IMG/VR virus record: IMGVR_UViG_3300034166_000560
DNA length: 64,000 bases
Origin: a virus
Strand: one strand, 5' to 3'
Numbering within the stretch: the first letter of the stretch is position 1; each line of letters starts with the position of its first letter. The notes under the pieces were generated by a model that was not told where the DNA came from, searched no databases, and saw only the letters and a list, made by a program, of their open reading frames with translations. Below, piece after piece: positions 48,209 through 57,657 of this stretch. The translations under genes were made by a program, and so were the position numbers.

Positions 48209-48832
48209 CTATCTTATATCTAGAGCTAGACTGTTCAGGAAGGAGATTACATCATTAAAATTATATTCCTCGGCTAGAGTCCATCGTATTCTTTCTCTCG
48301 GTGTATCGATTCCTTCTAATACGTAAATGATAGACTTTCCCATGTTGTTATTTGAAAGGTATTCTGCAACCATTCTGGGAGTATTCTCGTCTCTGCAGAG
48401 GGATATTATTTTTGTTCCTGGTATTAAATGTGTTACAAACACATCAAATGGTCTGTCGTATAACGATAACAGTTTACAATCCTGCTGTTGCCATTTCATT
48501 CTAGAAGCAACAAGAGAGAATGCAGATGGTGCTGGAATAGAATATATTTCTTGTGAATTATAACGATCTAAGATTATTTTACCTATTCCATAGAAAAATG
48601 GATCGCCTTGCGTTAACAAGACTGTTTGTTTGCCTCTCCATTTGTCTATTTCTTCGAATACTGCCACTTTACGTTCTGGAAAATATATCTTTTGTCCATT
48701 TATTTCAACTTGATCTAAATGAAATTTAGTTCCTGCGACAGCTTCTGCATGTTTGATTACGTTTTTAGCACGAGTGGATAAATCGTCTACTCCAGCACCA
48801 CCTACACCAATAATTGTAAGCCATGGTTTCAT
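48209..48832 (-). CDS. cbiE: Tetrapyrrole methylase, CbiE / CobL N-terminal domain
   Basis: PWLTIIGVG..G...L, GDPFFYGIG, PAPSAFSL.ASRM.W, VLE......ERI. Confidence 0.8.
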   Translation of the reverse strand: MKPWLTIIGVGGAGVDDLSTRAKNVIKHAEAVAGTKFHLDQVEINGQKIYFPERKVAVFEEIDKWRGKQTVLLTQGDPFFYGIGKIILDRYNSQEIYSIPAPSAFSLVASRMKWQQQDCKLLSLYDRPFDVFVTHLIPGTKIISLCRDENTPRMVAEYLSNNNMGKSIIYVLEGIDTPRERIRWTLAEEYNFNDVISFLNSLALDIR

Positions 48833-50208
48833 TATATCACCAAACTCTTAAATGGTATTTTCTTTTTAGATCCACCCCAATCGATATTATCTAAAAGTTC
48901 TATTTCTATATTAAACGTGTTTTTACCTACCTGATCATAAACAACACCAGCCCATTGTTTTACTTCTTCTTCTGAAATGGAATTAATGCCACCAATCTGT
49001 ATTCTAATGGTATTCAGATCAGTTTGAATGAATCTGTATTCTTTGTAATTTGAAATGAATGTATGATTCTTTACTTGTACCAAAAATGGCCAAATAGATC
49101 CATCTGGTTTTCTAACTAAATTTTTAGTTCTACCGTGTAGATTACGAATTGTTGGTCCATCATGACCGCATGGACATTTATGCAATAATTCTCCTATGTC
49201 TCCAATATCATAACGAATAAATGGAGTAGCATGAGAACTCATTTTTGTAATTAATAGTCGTCCAAGTTTAGAATCGCCCATTTGCAAATCGTCTTCTGGT
49301 ATAGATTCTACAATAACATTAGACATAGAAACATGATAATGATCCGGACATTCATTACACTCATATCCAATCAATCCAATTTCTTCTGAAGAATAATTTC
49401 CAGTAATTCTAACTCCTAGGTCTCTACATTCTTTCTTAGCCTCGTCGCTTGCTGTTCCGCCAATTGGCGTCCAAGCATTTAATCCATCCTTTACCATGTC
49501 TTCGATAGGATAAACTTGAGTTCTTAGAGTATCCATCATATATGGATTGACAATGAGATAACCTATTTTCTCAGAACCAATACATTCACGGAATTTCTTT
49601 AGATCTGGATTAGAATAAGAAATAATTCGTCTTGGTCCAGTAGAAATGAAACCATATTTTGTAGCCACTTCTGCGTATTTTACAGAAAACCCTGGATCCT
49701 CCATATATGAAGCAGCATGCAATCTGGTTGAATTATTTTTCAAATCAAAATCGCCGATAATGTATCGGGCAAATATTCTATATTGATTTAATTTTTCATT
49801 AGCTTTTGCGTAATAAAATTTAATCGGTACACCAGAAGACCCAGATGTATGATGTGTGAATATGCCTTCTTCTGGAGGCAATAAACATCCATCTTTTGAT
49901 ACTTGTTCTTTTACATCTTGTCTTGTTTGAATGGGTAATTGTTTTAAATCTTCCAGAGAATTCAGTTCAACATTTGTTAATCTGTTTTTCCAGAATGGAG
50001 ATTTCTCTGCCGCATGTTTTAACAAATGGTTCAATTGACATAATTGCCAAGTTTCGGTAGCCTTACGAGATCCAGTTTCTAGTAATATAACTTCGCATAT
50101 CTTAGAAAAGAAATCTGTATGATCTTTATCTAAAAATCTCAAAGCATCTTTTTCTTTATTAAAGCAATTATCCATGATATTAAAATTACTAAAATCTATC
50201 TTCATCAT
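48832..50208 (-). CDS. Phenylacetate-CoA-ligase-like (PaaK/CapK) adenylate-forming enzyme
   Basis: HA...SPFW, L..LPI, TSGSSG.P, YSSEE.G, P.IRY.IGD, C.CG, GR; likely start ATG 50208 with GGAG RBS. Confidence 0.82.
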   Translation of the reverse strand: MMKIDFSNFNIMDNCFNKEKDALRFLDKDHTDFFSKICEVILLETGSRKATETWQLCQLNHLLKHAAEKSPFWKNRLTNVELNSLEDLKQLPIQTRQDVKEQVSKDGCLLPPEEGIFTHHTSGSSGVPIKFYYAKANEKLNQYRIFARYIIGDFDLKNNSTRLHAASYMEDPGFSVKYAEVATKYGFISTGPRRIISYSNPDLKKFRECIGSEKIGYLIVNPYMMDTLRTQVYPIEDMVKDGLNAWTPIGGTASDEAKKECRDLGVRITGNYSSEEIGLIGYECNECPDHYHVSMSNVIVESIPEDDLQMGDSKLGRLLITKMSSHATPFIRYDIGDIGELLHKCPCGHDGPTIRNLHGRTKNLVRKPDGSIWPFLVQVKNHTFISNYKEYRFIQTDLNTIRIQIGGINSISEEEVKQWAGVVYDQVGKNTFNIEIELLDNIDWGGSKKKIPFKSLVI

Positions 50209-50226
50209 ACACTCCATTTTGTCTCT

Positions 50227-50286
50227 ATTATATATACATCTTCGGTAAAAATCAAGTGTTGTCTTTTTCGAAAGATACGGTATAAT
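50227..50286. promoter_or_regulatory. Divergent sigma70-like promoters at the major strand-switch point
   Basis: Minus: TTGATT(50255-50)-17-TATAAT(50232-27); plus: TTGTCT(50259-64)-16-TATAAT(50281-86). Confidence 0.65.
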
Positions 50287-50314
50287 CATCATTGTGAATA
50301 TGAAAGAGGAATAG

Positions 50315-50428
50315 ATGTCTAAGATAAATCCAATCGCTCTTGAGCTCCGCTCGAGCAAATATAAACAGCGTATTGTTCGCAACAAGAAGAAATATGACCG
50401 TAAACGAATTATCCGGGAGAAATACTAA
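50315..50428 (+). CDS. 37-aa basic peptide, ArfA-like (tentative)
   Basis: Manual translation MSKINPIALELRSSKYKQRIVRNKKKYDRKRIIREKY; GAGG RBS. Confidence 0.55.
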   Translation: MSKINPIALELRSSKYKQRIVRNKKKYDRKRIIREKY

Positions 50429-50563
50429 TGTTCGGTTGGAATATTAGGATCGCTAGCCAACTAAAATATTGGGCTGTCCTTAAAAAGAGAAAAAGGGGGA
50501 TGATTACTGGTCGTCCCTATATGCTTTATAAGTTTGGTCCTATAATTATCACGAGGTGGATAG

Positions 50564-51842
50564 ATGAAAATACATAATGAATCTACGTTTCTCAAGCCAG
50601 ACGGTATCGCCAAGGTAGAGAACATGTATAATGCCAAATACGTATTCGAGACATGTCTTAAGACTCGAACTGGTGGTTGGTCGGAGTTTCCTGTAGCGAT
50701 CTTCTATACAGAGGAAGCGCATCCGGAAGGTTCGAACTATATGGGATTATATCGTAACGATTTTGGACAGTTTACCGTCTGTAATGGTATCTCTGCTCTC
50801 GAAGAATTTACTGGTTTACAAATCGGCGAAGATATAGTATACTCTCGTTATCGTCATGATTACCGTGTCTTAGACGAAGAGAACGATGGCTTCATCGACG
50901 GTGGTCGGGATTATACCAGATGCAATCCTAATGTCGGTAAGCTAGTAACGTTGAAGGTTGTTAAGGATCATTTGGAGGTGGTAGAAAATGCTGCTTAGTC
51001 AGAGCCCAGAGTTCTTCTATTTGTTCTTGCTCCCATTGGGTATATTGGTATGGGGCGCTGTGATTTGGATCCTCTCAATGTTCGTTTATCTAATAAAGGA
51101 TAATCTCCGTGACCGATGACCTTGTAAAACGAATATTGGAACAAGCCAATGCAGAGGGTGATATTGTCTGTGGTGATGATGGTTATTATGTATATTGGCC
51201 TCGGCGCACAGGAGCCTATCCTTCCTATCATCTGCGAGCCCTTGCTGATGAATTAGATCGGCGCAATGAGGTCTGGGATAAAGAGTTGGATGAGTATTTT
51301 GATAACCTTGCCAAGAAACAGGAACCTCTAGGTGAGGATGATATGGATAAGACCATTGAAGACATCCTGGCTGAAGAAATACAGGCAGAAATAGATCGTG
51401 AGATACTTGAAACTGTTAAAATGACCTGCGATGGTTGGGTGTCAGTAGATTATCCAGATGGTATTGGCTTTATAGAACATTGTGGAATTAAGGATTGGGT
51501 AGAAGAAAACATTAAAGGTCCAAATAAACTAATTCATACTAAATGGTGGTTTAAGGATCCAAAAGATAAAGTATTATTCTTGTTGAGGTGGGGAGTTTGA
51601 AAAAGTCCTGTATAATAACCTTGATGACCTATATGTGAGGGATGATGACTGAATTTCTAACAAAGAATGCAGATGTTGCATTGGTAGAAGTAAAAGAGAA
51701 GCTGTATGAACGACTGCGTAATAGAACCAATTACGCTGCACAGGATCCATTGAAGGATCCATATTACAAAGGACTACAAAAAGGTGCATTGTCCGAAGTA
51801 GAGTTTCTGAAGGGACTGTTGGATATTATCGAGAGGTCATAA
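50564..51842 (+). other. Hypothetical ORFs (50564-50998 with IDGGRDY motif; 51109-51600; 51642-51842)
   Basis: Co-directional ORFs with RBSs. Confidence 0.55.
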
Positions 51843-52000
51843 TGATTACTGACGAACTACGCCAGATTGCATACAATGAAGGTTGTCAGGCTTTCGCTGA
51901 TGATGTAAATCTTATGGATAATCCATATAATGGTGTTTCACATACTCTCAAAGTATTTTGGAGCCATGGTTGGTGGGCTATGTTTTACGACGAGAACTAA
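51842..52000 (+). CDS. Rmf/CrpP-fold-like small protein (52 aa)
   Basis: Manual translation ..AYNEGCQAF......NPY.......W.HGW..; TAATG coupling. Confidence 0.5.
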   Translation: MITDELRQIAYNEGCQAFADDVNLMDNPYNGVSHTLKVFWSHGWWAMFYDEN

Positions 52001-52001
52001 G

Positions 52002-52337
52002 ATGAAATATAAACTCTATCTGGATGACCTGCGTTATCCTGACCTGCATCCCGATTGGAGGATTGCTCGTAACTACCATGATGCTGTGTGGATGGTTACG
52101 AACTATGGACTGCCATATTATATCTCCTTTGATCATGATCTGAACGATTTTGCTGACTTCTATACTCATCGAATGGAGTTCACTGGCTATGACTTTGCCA
52201 AATGGTTCTGTAATTGGGTGATGGATAATGATGTATGTCTGAATGATTTTGATTACTGGGTTCACTCTGCTAACCCTGTCGGTGCAGAGAACATCCGCCG
52301 CTATATGGCAAACTTCATAAAGGATCGTTATGTCTAA
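52002..52337 (+). CDS. Cyclic-phosphate-processing receiver-domain-like protein
   Basis: LYLDD.R.P, ISFDHDL, TGYD...W, VHSANPVG. Confidence 0.75.
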   Translation: MKYKLYLDDLRYPDLHPDWRIARNYHDAVWMVTNYGLPYYISFDHDLNDFADFYTHRMEFTGYDFAKWFCNWVMDNDVCLNDFDYWVHSANPVGAENIRRYMANFIKDRYV

Positions 52338-53463
52338 TAGTATGCAAAATCTCTATAAGATCGACACCAAAGGCAAGACTCGTGTTTGGTGGATCGAATA
52401 CGATGAAGAGAAGTATCGCACTCATGCAGGTATTCTTGACGGTAAGATTGTAGTTTCTGGTTGGCAGCGCCCGACAGAAAAGAATGTCGGTCGTTCAAAC
52501 GCTACTACTGTTGCTGAGCAAGTTCTTGCCGAGGTCAAAGCAGAATATGAGAAGAAGCTACATCAGGGCAAATATCATTTCAGTCCTTCTGGTGCCGAAC
52601 AGGGTGCTAAGTTTATTGAATGTATGCTTGCTTCTAAGTTCGATGATAAGAAGCATAAACAGTATCCGTATTTCTCTCAACCGAAGCTGGATGGTATTCG
52701 CTGTTTGATTAGCAAAAACGGTATGCAGTCACGTCAGGGTAAACCTATTACCTCTTGTCCGCATATTATGGAGGCGCTTGATCCGTTCTTCCAGGCATTC
52801 CCTGATGCTATTCTTGATGGCGAACTATACAATCATGATCTTCGTGATAACTTTGAAAAGATTGTATCGCTTGTTCGTAAGACTAAGCCGACGACTGCTG
52901 ATTATATCGAAGCATCAAAGCTGGTTCAGTATCATGTTTATGATTGTGTGATGGATGAGCCGTTCATGGATCGTTTGAGTTTTATCAGCAAGCACTTCGG
53001 TACTTACAATTCGTTCGGTGACCGTTACTATCCTATCGTTCGTGCTGTTCAAACTCAGTTCATTAATGTCGAGCAAGACATCGAAAAAATGCTCGGAGAA
53101 TATCTCGAAATGGGTTATGAAGGTCAGATACTCCGTGTTCCCAATTCTCCCTATGAAGGTAAGCGTTCAAAGAACCTTATCAAGCATAAAGAGTTTCAGG
53201 ACGAAGAGTTTGTTATCGTCAATATTGAAGAAGGATTAGGTAACTGGGAAGGTTATGCTAAATCTGTTGAGATTCGTCTTGAAGATGGTACTACTCAGAA
53301 CTCAGGCGTTCGTGGTAATCAAGAGTTTATGGAGCAGCTGCTAAAGGATAAAGAGCAGTATATCGGCACGGAAGTAACAGTTCGTTATCAGAATAAGACT
53401 GCTGATGGTAAGCTACGTTTTCCTGTCGTTGTTGCTTTCTGGAAAGGTAAAAGAAATCTGTAA
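52330..53463 (+). CDS. gp30: ATP-dependent DNA ligase gp30
   Basis: QPKLDGIRC (KxDG), LDGELY, YHVYD, GYEG..R, K.K.F.D.E, LRFP. Confidence 0.93.
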   Translation: MSNSMQNLYKIDTKGKTRVWWIEYDEEKYRTHAGILDGKIVVSGWQRPTEKNVGRSNATTVAEQVLAEVKAEYEKKLHQGKYHFSPSGAEQGAKFIECMLASKFDDKKHKQYPYFSQPKLDGIRCLISKNGMQSRQGKPITSCPHIMEALDPFFQAFPDAILDGELYNHDLRDNFEKIVSLVRKTKPTTADYIEASKLVQYHVYDCVMDEPFMDRLSFISKHFGTYNSFGDRYYPIVRAVQTQFINVEQDIEKMLGEYLEMGYEGQILRVPNSPYEGKRSKNLIKHKEFQDEEFVIVNIEEGLGNWEGYAKSVEIRLEDGTTQNSGVRGNQEFMEQLLKDKEQYIGTEVTVRYQNKTADGKLRFPVVVAFWKGKRNL

Positions 53464-53488
53464 ATCTTACAAAAATAACAAGTTATGA

Positions 53489-53496
53489 TATAAATA
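53489..53496 (+). promoter_or_regulatory. T4-type late promoter
   Basis: Exact TATAAATA upstream of an RBS-preceded short ORF and the holin-like gene. Confidence 0.6.
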
Positions 53497-53716
53497 GATA
53501 ACTTTTAACACACCAAGGAGGGTGTCATGATTAGAGTATCATATACAATCAAAACTATTGACGGACTGTTGGTTGATAAGACCCAGATCTTCAATACGCT
53601 CTCCGAGTTAACCAGTTATATGGCATATCTCAGAGCATCAGGACAGTTGGTAGGAAAGCCTACTCTATCATAAATAGTTTTGTCCTTCGTGGACAATCTA
53701 TCGATAGGAGGTTATC

Positions 53717-53953
53717 ATGTTCGAAGGTTATAAAACTTACCTAATCGCCATTCTTATGGCAGTTCTTCCAGTTGTATCTGAGAAGGTTGCAGGAATTGAT
53801 TGGGTTACAGTTCTAACTGGTTGGGGTGTTCCCCAGACAATGGTAGTTCCACTAGCTGGCATTGTTGCCGCTGCAATCATGGCAGGAATGCGTAAGATTA
53901 CAGAGATGACAACTGTTAAGACAGCTTTGGAAACACCACCACCAGCTGAATAA
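53717..53953 (+). CDS. Holin-like membrane protein
   Basis: GYKTY N-terminus, two TM segments, 78 aa; CATAAATA late-like site upstream; terminator at 53959-53982. Confidence 0.5.
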   Translation: MFEGYKTYLIAILMAVLPVVSEKVAGIDWVTVLTGWGVPQTMVVPLAGIVAAAIMAGMRKITEMTTVKTALETPPPAE

Positions 53954-54003
53954 GATTGAGGGCGCTTCGTGCGCCCTTTTTCATTTCATTATAGAGGATA
54001 GTT

Positions 54004-54672
54004 ATGTTACATTTTCCAGCATTTTGTATTGACAATTTTTATAACAATCCAGACGCTATTAGAGAATACGCTCTATCTCTGGATTTTAATAACATTGGGC
54101 CATGTCAGGGCAGACGAACCGCTCCGCTACACGAAATTAATCCAGAATTTTCCGATGTTTTTGCTAAACAGTTGCTATCTGTATTTTACGATATGGGTAG
54201 GAACGATGTTCAATGGATGATCAGATCTCATTTCCATTTACACAGAGTAACAGACAATTCTACGTTTGCTAAGAACACAGATCAAACGCTTCACGTTGCT
54301 CACAAATATAGAGATTTCGTTCCTAGCTATGAATCAGAGATACCTACTGCTGTCCATTTAGACGATAACAGTTTTTTCTCTGGCGTGGTTTATTTGAATC
54401 CTATTGCCGAGCCTCATGCTGGAACTGCCATTTATAGAGTTGTAGAAAACACTGATCCTATCAGATATGGTAATGGAGATATCGAAAAAGAAACTGTAAT
54501 AGAATCTGCTAATTTCAAACAGGTATATAATCGTTTGGTTGTTTTTGATGGCAAATCATACCATGGAAGAACAGGCGACAACACGCAAAGCGAAAGGCTA
54601 ACTCACGTTTTCTTTGCGCATCGTATAAACGCCAATATTCCAACACCATTAAATAGATTTAAGGTTTTGTGA
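54004..54672 (+). CDS. 2OG-Fe(II) oxygenase-like (DUF6445-type) paralogue 1
   Basis: IDNFY.NPD.IR.YAL, VH.D, GVVYLN, GT, YNRLV.FDG..H, RLT.VFF. Confidence 0.8.
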   Translation: MLHFPAFCIDNFYNNPDAIREYALSLDFNNIGPCQGRRTAPLHEINPEFSDVFAKQLLSVFYDMGRNDVQWMIRSHFHLHRVTDNSTFAKNTDQTLHVAHKYRDFVPSYESEIPTAVHLDDNSFFSGVVYLNPIAEPHAGTAIYRVVENTDPIRYGNGDIEKETVIESANFKQVYNRLVVFDGKSYHGRTGDNTQSERLTHVFFAHRINANIPTPLNRFKVL

Positions 54673-54934
54673 GTTTATCTGCATTATTAATAAAATTTCT
54701 AATACTTTCAATAGAGGACTTACATGTCAAGTTGTTCTTTTGTAGTTGGACTATCAACTTCGCAACCTGAGAATCAGTCAGAGTCTGCCACTTCGGAAAC
54801 TGTTTCACCACAGGACAGTAATACATCGCCTCGGATGGATGTGCGACCATATATTTGTATGATGTTACAATCTGCTCCTGACTATTACAAGAAGCCAGTA
54901 GAACTGCAATTAACAATGGAATAATTTTTTTCAT
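54659..54934 (-). CDS. o-spanin-like lipoprotein
   Basis: MKKIIPLLIAVLLASC lipobox, CP..P, terminal C; overlaps the upstream i-spanin stop. Confidence 0.65.
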   Translation of the reverse strand: MKKIIPLLIAVLLASCNSQEQIVTSYKYMVAHPSEAMYYCPVVKQFPKWQTLTDSQVAKLIVQLQKNNLTCKSSIESIRNFINNADKLTKP

Positions 54935-55317
54935 TGGCTTAACTCTTTAATTGTATTTTTGAGGATATCAGAAGATGGACGATCGTTGCCCTTTCCAATT
55001 TCCACGTCAATTCGAGACTCGATTGTTTTTAGCTTATTTTCTAATGCTTGTTTTTGGATTTCTAATTTCGCTACTTCTTCATCTCTATTTTTAAAAATAG
55101 CTTGTTGTTGTTCGATAAACAAATCTTTGTCTTTGATAGATTGCTGAAGCTGTTTGATATTATACGCTTGAAGCGCTGTTTGTTTTTCCAGGTCTACGAT
55201 CTGACGATGCTTGGAATATAATCCACCAGCTAACCCTCCAATGATTATAAGTATAGAAAGCCACTTGATGGCTCCAGAAGATATGAGAGATAATATTATG
55301 TTCATGATAAACTCCAT
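54931..55317 (-). CDS. i-spanin-like protein
   Basis: N-terminal TM followed by a coiled coil; paired with a lipoprotein gene. Confidence 0.62.
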   Translation of the reverse strand: MEFIMNIILSLISSGAIKWLSILIIIGGLAGGLYSKHRQIVDLEKQTALQAYNIKQLQQSIKDKDLFIEQQQAIFKNRDEEVAKLEIQKQALENKLKTIESRIDVEIGKGNDRPSSDILKNTIKELSQ

Positions 55318-55332
55318 TTTTACGGTGTATTT

Positions 55333-55887
55333 ATGAAGTTTCCATTATTTTGTATTGATGATTTTTATGAAAATCCAGAAGCTATTAGAGAATACGCTCT
55401 TGGATTAGAGTATGAAGATCAAACTCCATATGATAAAAGATCTCAATGTCTATCTGAAATAAATCCAGAGTTATTCTCCAGATTTTGCGATAAACTATTT
55501 TCTGTTTTTTACGACTCACCCGTTAGGTATAAAGTATATACAGCTTTCCATATTCATTTCAGAAAAAGCGATGATCCTGATTCTCCTGACAATAATGGTT
55601 TACTACACAAAGACCCAAATGTGTTGATGGGCGGTGTTATATATTTGACACCTAATCCAAATCCAAAAGCTGGAACGACTGTATATAAATCTTTTGAAAA
55701 GCCTCTTGAAGAGGTAATTACTTTCCAAAACAAATATAATAGACTTATAGGTTTTGACGGTAGCAGATATCCTCATAGAGTCACCACTAGGTATATAGAA
55801 AATGATTATAGATTATCGCAAGTATTTTTTATAGAGTTTATGCCGAAAAATACAGTTTTTCCGCTAGAAAGGTTACCGAAAATATGA
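55333..55887 (+). CDS. 2OG-Fe(II) oxygenase-like (DUF6445-type) paralogue 2
   Basis: IDDFYENPEAIREYAL, LH.D, GVIYL, NRLI.FDG...H, RL.QVFF. Confidence 0.8.
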   Translation: MKFPLFCIDDFYENPEAIREYALGLEYEDQTPYDKRSQCLSEINPELFSRFCDKLFSVFYDSPVRYKVYTAFHIHFRKSDDPDSPDNNGLLHKDPNVLMGGVIYLTPNPNPKAGTTVYKSFEKPLEEVITFQNKYNRLIGFDGSRYPHRVTTRYIENDYRLSQVFFIEFMPKNTVFPLERLPKI

Positions 55888-56516
55888 AAAAATTTCCTAC
55901 TTTTTGCGTTGATGATTTTTATGAATATCCAGACGAGGTTAGAGAATTCGCTCTTCAACAAACATTTCATAAAATGCCAAGTTGTATCGGATTGAGAACT
56001 TCTCCTATGAAAGACGTTCAACCAGAATTTGACGACTATTTCAATAAAAAATTACTATCTATGTTTTATGATATATTAGATCCTTCTTTACAGTATATCG
56101 TCAAAAACGTTTTTCATAAAAATTATCCAGTAGAAAGTAAAAATTATACTCTCTATAAACCAGAAGAGTTATTATGGGGTAGCCGATATGGTGGAACATT
56201 TCGTAGTGATAATAACGCTCATCTGGATCCAAATAATGTCATTTCTGGAGTTATATTTTTAAATAAAGATGAAGAAATGCACGCAGGGGTGGCTATCTAT
56301 AGACCAGTAGAATATTCTGATGAACATGATGGCGCATTGTTACAAGAGACAGCCAGATTTTCTCAAATCTTTAATAGGCTGGTAGCTTTTGACGGCGAGA
56401 CTTGGCATGGAAGAGTTGGTGATAACACAAGAGAAGATAGATTATGTCAGGTGTTCTTTGTTCAACATGTTTCTGATCAGCTTTCTCCTATAGAAAAAAT
56501 GAGACAGATAGTATGA
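55884..56516 (+). CDS. 2OG-Fe(II) oxygenase-like (DUF6445-type) paralogue 3
   Basis: VDDFYEYPDEVREFAL, AHLD, GVIFLN, NRLVAFDG..WH, RL.QVFF. Confidence 0.8.
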   Translation: MKKFPTFCVDDFYEYPDEVREFALQQTFHKMPSCIGLRTSPMKDVQPEFDDYFNKKLLSMFYDILDPSLQYIVKNVFHKNYPVESKNYTLYKPEELLWGSRYGGTFRSDNNAHLDPNNVISGVIFLNKDEEMHAGVAIYRPVEYSDEHDGALLQETARFSQIFNRLVAFDGETWHGRVGDNTREDRLCQVFFVQHVSDQLSPIEKMRQIV

Positions 56517-56737
56517 AAAACATACCTAATATAGAAAACTTGATAGTTGTTTCAGAGAAGATAGTTAAAGAAGCATGGGAAGCTATCGATAAAGAACCAG
56601 ATAGCGGATTTGCAGTCGTGTTACAAGCAGCAGAAGAATATAAGGCTGCTAATATGACACCGATGTTTATTCTAGATCAACGCAATATGGACATCTATTG
56701 TTTCGCAAAAGAAACTTTCGGAAAAAAGCTCCATTAA
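56513..56737 (+). CDS. Hypothetical protein
   Basis: Coupled ORF (ATGA overlap). Confidence 0.55.
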   Translation: MKNIPNIENLIVVSEKIVKEAWEAIDKEPDSGFAVVLQAAEEYKAANMTPMFILDQRNMDIYCFAKETFGKKLH

Positions 56738-56748
56738 GAAAATAGTAT

Positions 56749-56779
56749 TTGACTTTTGTATGGGGTTATAGTATAAATA
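56749..56779 (+). promoter_or_regulatory. Overlapping sigma70-like and T4 late promoter for pmoC
   Basis: TTGACT(56749-54)-17 nt-TATAAA, which is also the start of TATAAATA (56772-79). Confidence 0.7.
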
Positions 56780-56854
56780 AACTCAAGAGTGGCGGTTTCA
56801 CCGTCACCAAAGGCGAAACTGACCACTTGATTTTTTCTCTATGGAGAATAATAT

Positions 56855-57622
56855 ATGAGTACAGTAACTACTACAAGCGCTGCAGTTGCAGCAAAGTCAG
56901 ATGTCGTTGATCTCCGTGGAATGTGGATTGGGCTTGCCCTTCTAAACACATTCTATCTCATTGTCCGTATCTATGAACAAGTGTTCGGCTGGAGGGCTGG
57001 ACTTGATTCATTTGCGCCCGAGTTTCAGACATATTGGATGTCTATTCTCTGGACAGAGATTCCGCTTGAGTTAGTCTCAGGACTAGCACTTGCTGGTTAT
57101 CTTTGGAAGACAAGAGATCGAGATATTGACGCCGTGACTCCTCGTGAGGAAATGCGTCGTCTAGTAGTTCTTGTTCAGTGGCTTGTTGTGTATGCTGCTG
57201 CCATTTATTGGGGCGCATCCTTCTTTACTGAACAGGATGGTACATGGCATATGACTGTTATTCGTGATACTGACTTTACTCCAAGTCATATCATTGAGTT
57301 CTACATGTCATATCCAATTTATAGCGTAATTGCAGTTGGCGCTTTCTTCTATGCAAGAACTCGTATCCCATACTTCTCACATGGTTACAGCCTTGCATTC
57401 TTGATTGTCGCTATTGGACCATTTATGATTATTCCAAACGTTGGACTCAACGAATGGGGTCATACTTTCTGGTTCATGGAAGAACTATTCGTAGCACCAT
57501 TGCATTGGGGCTTCGTATTCTTCGGCTGGATGGCACTTGGTGTGTTCGGCGTTGTTCTCCAAATCCTAGGACGTGTTCATGCTTTGCTAGGGCGTGATGG
57601 CGTTAAGTTACTAGCAGAATAA
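56855..57622 (+). CDS. pmoC: Particulate methane monooxygenase subunit C (auxiliary metabolic gene)
   Basis: YEQ.FGWRAGLDSFAPEFQTYW, WGASFFTEQDGTWH...RDTDFTPSHIIEFY, PNVGLNEWGHTFWFMEELFVAPLHWGFV; all metal ligands present; Methylocystaceae-like N-terminus; no pmoA/B alongside. Confidence 0.97.
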   Translation: MSTVTTTSAAVAAKSDVVDLRGMWIGLALLNTFYLIVRIYEQVFGWRAGLDSFAPEFQTYWMSILWTEIPLELVSGLALAGYLWKTRDRDIDAVTPREEMRRLVVLVQWLVVYAAAIYWGASFFTEQDGTWHMTVIRDTDFTPSHIIEFYMSYPIYSVIAVGAFFYARTRIPYFSHGYSLAFLIVAIGPFMIIPNVGLNEWGHTFWFMEELFVAPLHWGFVFFGWMALGVFGVVLQILGRVHALLGRDGVKLLAE

Positions 57623-57629
57623 AAAAGTT

Positions 57630-57657
57630 GAGGGGAAGGCGTTGACTTTCCCCTCTT
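57630..57657 (+). terminator. Hairpin after pmoC overlapping the -35 of the hsp20 promoter
   Basis: GAGGGGAAGG-CGTTG-ACTTTCCCCTC; TTGACT(57642-47)-17-TATATT(57665-70). Confidence 0.6.

Noticed and set aside
50209-50385. N-terminal extension of the 517-aa ligase ORF
   Set aside because: Overlaps divergent promoters and the plus-strand 37-aa ORF; better start at 50208 with RBS
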